This document shows positions 7,002 through 14,606 of a stretch of DNA of 16,702 bases, piece by piece (position 1 is the first letter of the stretch; every line of letters begins with the position of its first letter). The position numbers and the translations under genes are program-made. The notes beneath the pieces were generated by a model. The model was not told the origin of the DNA and made no database searches. It was given only the letters and a program-made list of their open reading frames with translations. Source of the DNA: Anaerolineales bacterium (GTDB lineage: Bacteria; Chloroflexota; Anaerolineae; Anaerolineales; E44-bin32); assembly GCA_041624375.1 (NCBI GenBank), contig JBFJVD010000031.1, positions 1 to 16,702 on the forward strand. The letters run 5' to 3'.

Positions 7002-7559
7002 ATGACTTTTCCCGCCGGGCAGCCCTCCCCGATGTTCAATCTCATCACCCGGACGGTTGTCGTTCAGGACGACCATCTATTGCTGGCGCGCTGGCAGTCG
7101 TCTTATTACTTCCTCATCGGTGGGCGCATCCAGCATGGCGAACGGCTTGAGCAGGCTGCTGAGCGCGAGTTCTTGGAAGAGACGGGGGTTACATGCCGGG
7201 TGCGGCAGCTGCTGTACTTTCATGAGCACTTCTTCGGGGACCGAGTGGGCGAGTCCTACCATGAGCTTGGCTGGTACTACCTGGTGGAACCCGAAGCCCC
7301 TGTCCTGTCGCCAGGCAAGTCGCTGCCCAACCCCGACGCAGAGGGACTGACGATCGAGATGTTGCCGCTCGACCGCCTGAGCTTGAACGTGATCTATCCG
7401 CAGTTCCTCCCCCGCTACCTGCCACAAGACGCCGCGGACCATTTCGCAGGCTGTCCCCGGCATCTGATCTCGGTGGAGGAAGACGGGCGCGAACACACGG
7501 TCGAGCTTGAGGACCTGGGCGGTGCACCTCCCTTCCCTGGAGGTCGGTGGCAGGCGTGA
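7002..7559 (+). CDS. NUDIX hydrolase.
   Basis: Nudix box GGRIQHGERLEQAAEREFLEETGV (Gx5Ex7REUxEExGU). It lies 8 nt after the flavoenzyme stop, so it is probably co-transcribed. Confidence 0.8.
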   Translation: MTFPAGQPSPMFNLITRTVVVQDDHLLLARWQSSYYFLIGGRIQHGERLEQAAEREFLEETGVTCRVRQLLYFHEHFFGDRVGESYHELGWYYLVEPEAPVLSPGKSLPNPDAEGLTIEMLPLDRLSLNVIYPQFLPRYLPQDAADHFAGCPRHLISVEEDGREHTVELEDLGGAPPFPGGRWQA

Positions 7560-7649
7560 CCTCCCGGGTTCGGTGTTATCATTGTCCCTGGCCTGGGCAC
7601 TGGCGCCTAGGCTCGCTGTGATCAACATCCCTCGACGAGAGGAGACCGA

Positions 7650-8072
7650 ATGGCGACGACGCATGATGTCATCCGAACGTACCGGCCGGAGCTCGAGATG
7701 GAAGAGCCGCTCAGTCACGAGGAGGTCGTCAGCTTCCTGGTCGAGAAGAGCGGTCTCGAAGCCGAGCAGATCGAGCAGGCGCTGGGCGCGCTGGCCGAGC
7801 TTGCCTTCTGGCACCTGGTCCGTGCCCGTCCCGTTCCCCTGCCGGGGGTGGGCAGCCTCAAGCCAGCGATCCGTCTGGACGGAACTGTGTTTGCCGCCAT
7901 CGACACCGACCCAGAGCTCCAGGCGCGCATGAACGAGCCCGGCGAATACCGGGCCGGCATCGACCGCCACGAGAACATCGGTGTTCCTCTGTCGCGGCTG
8001 GTCCAGATGTGGAACTCGTCCCATCCGGACGACCCGGTGCTCGACCACGACGCATACGCCGAACCTGCCTGA
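7650..8072 (+). CDS. Hypothetical protein with an N-terminal HU/IHF-like DNA-binding fold.
   Basis: SHEEVVSFLVEKSGLEAEQIEQALGALAELAFWHLVRARPVPLPGVGSLK follows the HU pattern: an aliphatic helix, 'ksGls..daekal.al', then a beta arm beginning 'v.lpGfGsf'. A good SD (GAGAGGAG) lies 5 nt upstream. Confidence 0.5.
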   Translation: MATTHDVIRTYRPELEMEEPLSHEEVVSFLVEKSGLEAEQIEQALGALAELAFWHLVRARPVPLPGVGSLKPAIRLDGTVFAAIDTDPELQARMNEPGEYRAGIDRHENIGVPLSRLVQMWNSSHPDDPVLDHDAYAEPA

Positions 8073-8145
8073 CCCTCGGACACACCCCCTGAAACCGGGT
8101 TGGCAGACAGCGGCAGCTTCCTGCTAACCGACGGAGCACACGCCG

Positions 8146-9249
8146 ATGACCGATCCACGCATTCGCGGCCTTGCCCAGATTCTCGTTCAGCACTCCATTC
8201 GGGCGAAACCCGGCGATCGGGTGCTCATCGAATCCGAGCCAGCGGCCGCGCCCCTCGTGCAGGAGGTCTACGCCGAGATCCTGCGAGCAGGGGGGCATCC
8301 CCAGCCATATCTTGGACTGCCGGGCCTGGATGTGCTCCACCAAAAGCTGGCCAGTGACGAGCAGCTTGCCTTCACGCCGCCGCTGCGCCTGCACGCCTAC
8401 GAAAACTTCGAGGCGCGTATCTTGATCCACGCCGCGAGCAACACACGCGAACTCTCCGAGGCGGATCCCGCCCGCCTCTCGCAGCGGCGCAAGGCCACCC
8501 AGCCCATCCTTGAGGCGCAGATGCGGCGCGGTGCGACCAAGGAGCTGGCGTGGGTGAGCACCCTGTTCCCCACCGATTCGTTTGCTCAGGACGCTGAGAT
8601 GAGCCTCGAGGACTATGAGGACTTCGTCTATCAAGCCTGCCACGCCGATGATGAGGACCCGGTCGGCTACTGGCGCGGGGTGGAGAAGCGGCAGGACGCA
8701 ATCGTCGAGGCGCTCAATGGGCACGACCGGATCCAGGTCCGCAGCCCGAGCTGTGAATTGGAGCTCTCGATCGCCGGCCGGACCTTCATTAACGCCGGTG
8801 GTGAACACAACATGCCGGACGGTGAAGTGTTCACCGGCCCGGTCGAGGACTCGATGCAGGGTTGGATCCGCTTCGACTTTCCGGCGATCTGGAACGGCCG
8901 GGAGGCGCAAGGGATCGAGCTTCGTTTCGAGGACGGGAAGGTGGTCGAAGCCAGCGCCGACAAAGGAGAGGGCTTCCTGCTGGATGTGCTCGAGACCGAT
9001 CCCGGCGCCCGCTATGTCGGGGAGTTTGCGGTGGACACCAACAGCGGCATCCAGCGCTTCACCCGCCGGATTCTGTTCGATGAGAAGATCGGGGGCACGC
9101 TGCATATGGCCCTCGGCGCCGGTTACCCCGATACCGGCAGCCAGAATCGAAGCGCAGTCCATTGGGACATGATTTGCGACATGCGCAGCGACTCCGAAAT
9201 CCGGGTCGACGGCGAGCTGGTGTACCAGAACGGCTCCTTCCTCATCTGA
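8146..9249 (+). CDS. Aminopeptidase, peptidase family M29 (AmpS / aminopeptidase T-like).
   Basis: The N-terminal substrate-domain pattern MTDPRIRGLAQILVQHSIRAKPGDRVLIE...EVYAEILRAGGHP is present. The C-terminal metal-site block IGGTLHMALGAGYPDTGSQNRSAVHWDMI is typical of M29 enzymes. An SD (ACGGAG) lies 9 nt upstream. Confidence 0.85.
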   Translation: MTDPRIRGLAQILVQHSIRAKPGDRVLIESEPAAAPLVQEVYAEILRAGGHPQPYLGLPGLDVLHQKLASDEQLAFTPPLRLHAYENFEARILIHAASNTRELSEADPARLSQRRKATQPILEAQMRRGATKELAWVSTLFPTDSFAQDAEMSLEDYEDFVYQACHADDEDPVGYWRGVEKRQDAIVEALNGHDRIQVRSPSCELELSIAGRTFINAGGEHNMPDGEVFTGPVEDSMQGWIRFDFPAIWNGREAQGIELRFEDGKVVEASADKGEGFLLDVLETDPGARYVGEFAVDTNSGIQRFTRRILFDEKIGGTLHMALGAGYPDTGSQNRSAVHWDMICDMRSDSEIRVDGELVYQNGSFLI

Positions 9250-9290
9250 GCCGGCGGCTTCCGCTCGCTTCACGCCGCCGGCGGGTCCCC

Positions 9291-11012
9291 ATGCGCCGTT
9301 TCGCCCTTCTCTGTTTCTCGGTTCTCATGCTCGCCGCCTGCGCCCCGCAGGCGCAGCCGAGCGTGACGCCTGAGCCGACCCGCAGCGGACCCACCTCGAC
9401 GGTCCCGCCGTCCGCGACGGCGCCCGTGACCCCCACACCCGAGCCGGGCGCCGAGGGCGCCTACCCCGGCGCGCCGCTCCCCACCATCCGCGATGACTAC
9501 TTTGTGGGCTCAGGACTGTGTGTCGCCTGCCACGCGAATCTGGTCGATGAGGCCGGCGCCGATGTCTCGATCGATGCCCATTGGCGCGCCTCCGTTGAGG
9601 CGAACGCCGCCCGCGATCCCTTCTGGCAGGCTGCCGTGCGTGCGGCGGTGATCAACGCGCCTGAGCGGCGCGAGGCCCTCGAGGCCGAGTGTGCCCTTTG
9701 CCACACCCCGATGGCCAGCTTCACACTGCGGGCACGCGGGGAGCAGGTGCGGCTGCTGGACGGCGGCCTGCTCGACCCCAGTCACGAGCTGCACGAACTG
9801 GCGCTCGATGGCGTTTCCTGTACGCTGTGCCATCAGATTCGTGAGCAGGGGCTGGGACAGCCGGCCAGCTACAGTGGGCGATACAACATCGATGCGGAAC
9901 TGCCCCCCGGCGAACGGCTGAGCTTTGGCCCGTATGATGTCGAGCAAGTCCTGGCCGCCCAGATGCAGGGCATTTCGGGTTTCATCCCGGTGCAGGGATT
10001 GCACGTCACCCGGTCCGAGATCTGTGCCAGCTGCCACATGTATTACATTGAAGGACGCGGTGCGGCCGATCCCATTCCGATTCAGACGACCTACCTCGAA
10101 TGGTTCGAGAGCAGTTACCGCCGCCGCCTGACCGCCTGCCAGGACTGCCACATGCCGGACGCGGTCGGCGGGGCCAGAATCGCTGTATCCAGCATCAACC
10201 CGCGCAGCCCCTTTGCCCAACATACCTTCGTCGGCGGCAACGTCTACCTGCTCGAGCTGCTTGCCTCGTTCGCCGAGCCGCTGGGCGTCCCGGCCTCAAG
10301 CGCCGAGCTGCAGGCCTCGATCGATCGGAGCGTTGCCCTCCTCCAGCAGGATACGCTTTCACTGGTCCTGGAGGACGCATCGGTTTCAGGTGGGCGGCTG
10401 CGGGTGGATGTGGTTCTTGAGAACCTGGCCGGGCACAAGCTACCTTCGGGATTCCCTTCACGCCGTGTCTGGATCCACCTTGTGGTGCGGGACGCCAATG
10501 GTGGGGTGGTCTTTGAATCAGGGGCAGTGAACGCGGACGGTTCCATCGTGGGCAACGATGGTGACGCCGATCCAGCGGCCTTCGAACCACACTATCTGGC
10601 GATCGTCGACGGTGGTCAGGTGCAGATCTACGAGGCGGTCCTGCGGGGAGCCGCTGGCGGGCTAACGACGGATATTGCACAGGCATCGGGCTATGTGAAG
10701 GACAACCGGCTGCTGCCGGCCGGCCTGGAGAAAGAAGACGCGCTGCCCGATCTGGTCCCGCGAGGCCGTGCAGCAGAGGACGAGGATTTCGATCAGGGCG
10801 GCGACCGCATCGAATATGCCATCGAGCTTGGTGGGGCGCCCGGCCCCTACACGCTCACCGTCGAGGTTCTCTATCAGTCCATTGGCTACCCGTGGGCGAT
10901 GTGGCTCCGCAGCTATGATGCCCCGGAGCCCGTGCGTTTTGCCTCATACTATGATGTGGTTCCGAACCTTCCGGTCGTCATCGCCAGCGAAACGCTCGAA
11001 CTCGGACCATAG
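9291..11012 (+). CDS. Pentaheme c-type cytochrome lipoprotein: signal peptide plus lipobox, a Pro/Thr-rich linker, five CxxCH motifs and a C-terminal heme-free domain of about 290 aa. The ORF-track start at 9162 is an upstream in-frame artefact.
   Basis: MRRFALLCFSVLMLAAC gives a lipobox (LAAC). Heme motifs are CVACH, CALCH, CTLCH, CASCH and CQDCH, and there are no other cysteines. The linker is PT-rich (PSVTPEPTRSGPTSTVPPSATAPVTPTPEP). The C-terminal motif is AGHKLPSGFPSRRVW. Confidence 0.85.
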   Translation: MRRFALLCFSVLMLAACAPQAQPSVTPEPTRSGPTSTVPPSATAPVTPTPEPGAEGAYPGAPLPTIRDDYFVGSGLCVACHANLVDEAGADVSIDAHWRASVEANAARDPFWQAAVRAAVINAPERREALEAECALCHTPMASFTLRARGEQVRLLDGGLLDPSHELHELALDGVSCTLCHQIREQGLGQPASYSGRYNIDAELPPGERLSFGPYDVEQVLAAQMQGISGFIPVQGLHVTRSEICASCHMYYIEGRGAADPIPIQTTYLEWFESSYRRRLTACQDCHMPDAVGGARIAVSSINPRSPFAQHTFVGGNVYLLELLASFAEPLGVPASSAELQASIDRSVALLQQDTLSLVLEDASVSGGRLRVDVVLENLAGHKLPSGFPSRRVWIHLVVRDANGGVVFESGAVNADGSIVGNDGDADPAAFEPHYLAIVDGGQVQIYEAVLRGAAGGLTTDIAQASGYVKDNRLLPAGLEKEDALPDLVPRGRAAEDEDFDQGGDRIEYAIELGGAPGPYTLTVEVLYQSIGYPWAMWLRSYDAPEPVRFASYYDVVPNLPVVIASETLELGP

Positions 11013-11054
11013 TGCGGTCGTGATGGACCGGGCTCATGGTTGGGGGAAATCCAG

Positions 11055-11870
11055 ATGAAGGGAAAAGTCATCATCGTGACCGGCGCATCGCGCGGCTTGG
11101 GCGCTGCCGCGGCGCGCGCCGCCGCCACCTTCGGCGCCCGGCTCACGCTGACCGCTCGCAGCCGGGGTGATCTCGAGCGCGTGGTGGCCGAGATCCAGGC
11201 AGGTGGAGGCGAGGCGCTCATCGTGCCGGGGGATCTCTCCGAGCCTGCGACCGCAGTCGAAATCGTCGAAGCCACCGAAGCTGCCTATGGTCGGATCGAT
11301 GGTTTGATCAACAATGCAGGCGTGATCGCACCGATTGCCCCGGTCTCGAGCGTGAATCCCGAGGCCTGGGCGGGCAATCTGAGGGTCAATCTGATCGCGC
11401 CGGCGCAGCTCACGGCGGTTGCCCTGCCTGCGCTGCGGCGCGCCTCCGGGATCGTGGTTAACGTATCGAGCGGGGCGGCGGTCGGCGTGGTCGAGGGCTG
11501 GGCGGCTTACTGCGCCGCCAAAGCTGCCCTCAACCACTATACGCACGTGCTGGCTGCGGAGGAGCCGCAGGTGACCGCGCTCTCCTTTCGGCCCGGCGTG
11601 GTTGACACAGGGATGCAGGCCGAGATCCGCCAGACGGGCGCCTCCGGTATGCCTGCCGACGTGCACCAGCGCTTCGTTCTACGGCACGATCGCGGCGAGC
11701 TGCTTCCGGCAGAGCGGCCCGGTCGGTCGCTTGCCGCCCTGACACTGTTGGCGCCACGCGAATGGAGCGGGGATTTCCTCGAATGGGATGAGGAACGGGT
11801 GCAGGCCTTAATTCCGCTTGCCCGATCTTCTGAGGGATCTGAGTCCTCCGACCTGGAACCTCCCGGCTGA
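11055..11870 (+). CDS. Short-chain dehydrogenase/reductase (SDR) family oxidoreductase. The track start is TTG 11040; I favour ATG 11055, which has GGGGGA 7 nt upstream.
   Basis: The cofactor motif TGASRGLG is present, as are the NNAG motif (LINNAGV) and the catalytic YxxxK (YCAAK). It has no signal peptide and is therefore cytoplasmic. Confidence 0.85.
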   Translation: MKGKVIIVTGASRGLGAAAARAAATFGARLTLTARSRGDLERVVAEIQAGGGEALIVPGDLSEPATAVEIVEATEAAYGRIDGLINNAGVIAPIAPVSSVNPEAWAGNLRVNLIAPAQLTAVALPALRRASGIVVNVSSGAAVGVVEGWAAYCAAKAALNHYTHVLAAEEPQVTALSFRPGVVDTGMQAEIRQTGASGMPADVHQRFVLRHDRGELLPAERPGRSLAALTLLAPREWSGDFLEWDEERVQALIPLARSSEGSESSDLEPPG

Positions 11871-11945
11871 TCCCGGCGTCTTGAGATCAGGGGGTTGCGG
11901 ACGGACGAGCTTTCCGGGTCCGCTCAACCAGCGAAAGGACGGATC

Positions 11946-12356
11946 ATGGCCCCGATCCTCTCAGGTTTGCCGGCGGTCCGATCGGCCTCGTTCACGGCCG
12001 GGATGGTTCTACTGGCATGCATGCTGGCGGCCTGCACGCTGCCGGGCTTCAACGAAGAACCGCAGGTCTACGAAGGTTTCGTCGTCTTCGGCTTCGAAGT
12101 GAGCGCGTTTCACCCGTGTGATGTCGAGGAGACCTGGTGGTTGCATGGCGATCGGGAAGGGGAGGCGTTCGATGCCCTGATCGAAGCCTACAGCGCGGCG
12201 ACTGGCTATCCCCAGGAAGAATACCGGTTCGTCTTCGTCCGTGTCGCCGGCGAGGTCGGTCCGGAGGGAACCTACGGACATATGGGCGCCTACGAACGGG
12301 AGTTCACGCTGACACGGTTCCTCGGGATGGGGTCATCGCGTACAACCTGCTCGTAG
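11946..12356 (+). CDS. Small hypothetical lipoprotein (about 137 aa). The track start is 11895; I prefer ATG 11946, which has AAGGA upstream.
   Basis: The signal peptide with lipobox is MAPILSGLPAVRSASFTAGMVLLACMLAACTLPG (LAAC). The mature part contains FHPCDVEETWWLHG. I recognise no family. Confidence 0.5.
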   Translation: MAPILSGLPAVRSASFTAGMVLLACMLAACTLPGFNEEPQVYEGFVVFGFEVSAFHPCDVEETWWLHGDREGEAFDALIEAYSAATGYPQEEYRFVFVRVAGEVGPEGTYGHMGAYEREFTLTRFLGMGSSRTTCS

Positions 12357-12526
12357 CGATTTTCCGCCGCGTTACCCGGTGCGCTCAAGCTGCTCCAGGG
12401 CGCCGGTTCAGCCGTCGGATGGAGCGTTCAGGTGCGTGCGGAGCACAACAAGCCGATCTGACGTATCATCCAGATGCGCTCGGATGCGGGTCGGATACCT
12501 CAGGCTCCCCGCCGTTCGCTCTGCTG

Positions 12527-13981
12527 ATGCACAAGTCGGTTGTCATCTGCCTTCTGCTCGGTTTCAGCCTTCTGACAGCCTGCGCGCCGGCCGGCGGGCG
12601 GGCGAGCCCGACTGTGCAGCGTTCCTCGACCCCGCGCCAGCTTCCGACGGCAAGCCCGACCGCCAGTGTCACCCCCACGCCAAGCCCGGAACCCAGCCTG
12701 ACACCGTCCATAACATCCACGCCGGCCCCACCGACAGTCACGCCGACAGCAAGCCAAACGGCGTCACCCGCCCTCAGCGAAACCACCCTGCAGGGCTCCG
12801 GCCCCTGGGCGCTGCTGTGCCAGGAAAGGGATCAGGTGGCGCTGTTCGATCTGGGCAGCGCCGCCATAACTCCCCTGCTCATTCGCTGCCCGGACACCCA
12901 GAACCTGACGGCACAGGGAGAGCGGGCCGTGGTCGTGCCTCGACAGGCGGCCTACCGGGACGAACTGTGGGTGGTGCATCTTCCGTCACTTTCGATTGAA
13001 ACCCGAATCTCACTTGATGGGGACCGCGTGGCGGAGGACGCTGCGGGTGGCGTATTTGCCTGGGCGCCCGACGGCAACCATCTGCTGTTCGCTGTTCGGA
13101 CAGGTCAGGTACAGCAGCCGGTTCTCTACCACGCCGACGACGGTTCGCTGGTGCGCCTTCCCATCGAGGCGCGCCTGATCCACCCGATGGGTTGGTCGCC
13201 GGATGGACGGCTGGCGGTGCTGCTTGCCGGTGAGGGCGGTCTCGAAGGCGCGTGGGCGGTCAACACCGATACGAATGAGATCCAGCTGCTCTATACGAGC
13301 CCGCTCGATGAAGGCGTATTTTATTGGGCGGAGATCCTCGGCTGGCTCTCAAACTCGATCTTCGTCACCCGCGAGGGCCCCGGCGAGTTCTGCGACTTTA
13401 ACCTGCGAGAGGTGAATGCCAGCGCTGCCAGCCATCGGCTCGTCTTTTGGCCGGCGTTCCTCGGCGCCGCGCTGGATCCAGCCACGCGGACCGTGTTCCT
13501 TGGCATGGGCGAATCCGGTGCCTGTGTCTATCCGTTGCCAGTAGGCCTATACCGGCTCGACCTGGCGGAAGCGGAGCCGCGGCGGATCCAATCCGGTTCC
13601 GGTTGGCGGCAAATCGATTGGAGCCCGGAGCTTGGCCAGTTTGTCCTGCGAGCTCAGGAGTTTCCGGGCGTACGCACCTATACGACCAGCGGCGGCCTTC
13701 GGCTTCAACTGACCGAAGCGGAACGGGTGCATCCATCCCCGAATGGCGACTGGATCCTCGTGGAAGCCGGCGCGTCCCCGCGCACGCGGATGCATTCGAG
13801 ATCAGGAGCGCTCCAGCGCAACCTGTTTGAGGAAGCACCAGATCAGGTCTGGTGGGTTTCCGATTCCACGCTGCTGCTGCGGTTTGGCTCCGCGCTCTAC
13901 GAACTGCGGGAATCGGAGGACTGGGTCGCCAACCCCATTGCCGAAGGGGTCAGCTGGCTGGCCGGCATCGTCGGCCGATGA
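12527..13981 (+). CDS. Lipoprotein with a Pro/Thr/Ser-rich linker and a C-terminal PD40 / TolB-like beta-propeller. The ORF-track 5' extension to 12137 is rejected.
   Basis: MHKSVVICLLLGFSLLTAC gives a lipobox (LLTAC). It is followed by about 60 aa of TPTPSPEPSLTPSITSTPAPPTVTPTASQTASP linker. Repeated PD40-like blades are present: FAWAPDGNHLLFAV, MGWSPDGRLAVLLA, IDWSPELGQFVL and VHPSPNGDWILV. Confidence 0.7.
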   Translation: MHKSVVICLLLGFSLLTACAPAGGRASPTVQRSSTPRQLPTASPTASVTPTPSPEPSLTPSITSTPAPPTVTPTASQTASPALSETTLQGSGPWALLCQERDQVALFDLGSAAITPLLIRCPDTQNLTAQGERAVVVPRQAAYRDELWVVHLPSLSIETRISLDGDRVAEDAAGGVFAWAPDGNHLLFAVRTGQVQQPVLYHADDGSLVRLPIEARLIHPMGWSPDGRLAVLLAGEGGLEGAWAVNTDTNEIQLLYTSPLDEGVFYWAEILGWLSNSIFVTREGPGEFCDFNLREVNASAASHRLVFWPAFLGAALDPATRTVFLGMGESGACVYPLPVGLYRLDLAEAEPRRIQSGSGWRQIDWSPELGQFVLRAQEFPGVRTYTTSGGLRLQLTEAERVHPSPNGDWILVEAGASPRTRMHSRSGALQRNLFEEAPDQVWWVSDSTLLLRFGSALYELRESEDWVANPIAEGVSWLAGIVGR

Positions 13982-14015
13982 GAGCTGCGGGTTCTGCGCG
14001 AAGTGAGCCGTCGCC

Positions 14016-14504
14016 ATGACCGCGGCGGGTGCGTCCCATCCCTCCATGCCCCGGCGCCTGCCGGCCGCGCAGTTCCTCGAAGTCGTCCGTCTCGCGCCGC
14101 TGGTTTCCCTTGATTTGATTGTCCGCGATGCCGAAGGCCAGGTCCTGCTGGGTTGGCGGAAGAACGAGCCCGCCAGGGGCAGCTGGTTCGTTCCTGGCGG
14201 CATCTTGATGAAAGGGGAACGGATCGCCGAGGCTTTGGCGCGGATTGCGGACGTGGAGCTCGGTCTTCCGGTGGAGTCGGCCGAAGTTGATTTCCTGGGT
14301 GTGTATGAACATCATTATGCGGAGAACTTTGCCGGCGAACCGCAGGTGCCCACCCACTACGTGGTTCTGGCACATCAGCTCCGTCTCCGCGAGAAGCCGA
14401 CTCCGGCTCCGGAGACCCAACACAGCGACTTCCGGTGGTGGCCGCTGGACGCGCTGCTGCAGTCGCCTGAGGTTCATCCCTACGTCAAGGCCTACTTCTC
14501 CTGA
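14016..14504 (+). CDS. gmm: GDP-mannose mannosyl hydrolase (NUDIX family, Gmm/NudD/WcaH-like). ATG 14046 is an alternative start.
   Basis: The block pattern matches Gmm as I recall it: FLEVVRLAPLVSLDLIV, WFVPGG, the variant Nudix helix ERIAEALARIADVELGL, THYVVLAHQL, then DFRWWPLDALL. The length is about 150-160 aa. Confidence 0.75.
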   Translation: MTAAGASHPSMPRRLPAAQFLEVVRLAPLVSLDLIVRDAEGQVLLGWRKNEPARGSWFVPGGILMKGERIAEALARIADVELGLPVESAEVDFLGVYEHHYAENFAGEPQVPTHYVVLAHQLRLREKPTPAPETQHSDFRWWPLDALLQSPEVHPYVKAYFS

Positions 14505-14554
14505 GCCGCCCCGCGCGTGAGATGACATCTCTCCGGCAGCAGCCGGCGCGCAAG

Positions 14555-14587
14555 GCCGGCCTGCACAACGTGCTCGCAGGCCGGCCA
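14555..14587. terminator. GC-rich hairpin (11-bp stem GGCCGGCCTGC/GCAGGCCGGCC, 11-nt loop) between the convergent gmm and flotillin genes. It is a possible bidirectional terminator without a U-tract.
   Basis: Perfect inverted repeat read from the sequence. It lies in the 102-nt convergent intergenic gap. Confidence 0.3.
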
Positions 14588-14606
14588 GTGTTCGAACGAC
14601 GTACGG

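Noticed and set aside
9162-9290. N-terminal extension of the cytochrome ORF (MGHDLRHAQ...)
   Set aside because: It overlaps the aminopeptidase 3' end and is Arg-rich. Met44 begins a perfect signal peptide and lipobox, so the start is 9291.
12137-12526. 5' extension of the propeller lipoprotein ORF
   Set aside because: It is Arg-rich junk that overlaps the preceding lipoprotein gene in another frame. ATG 12527 begins a canonical lipoprotein signal peptide.
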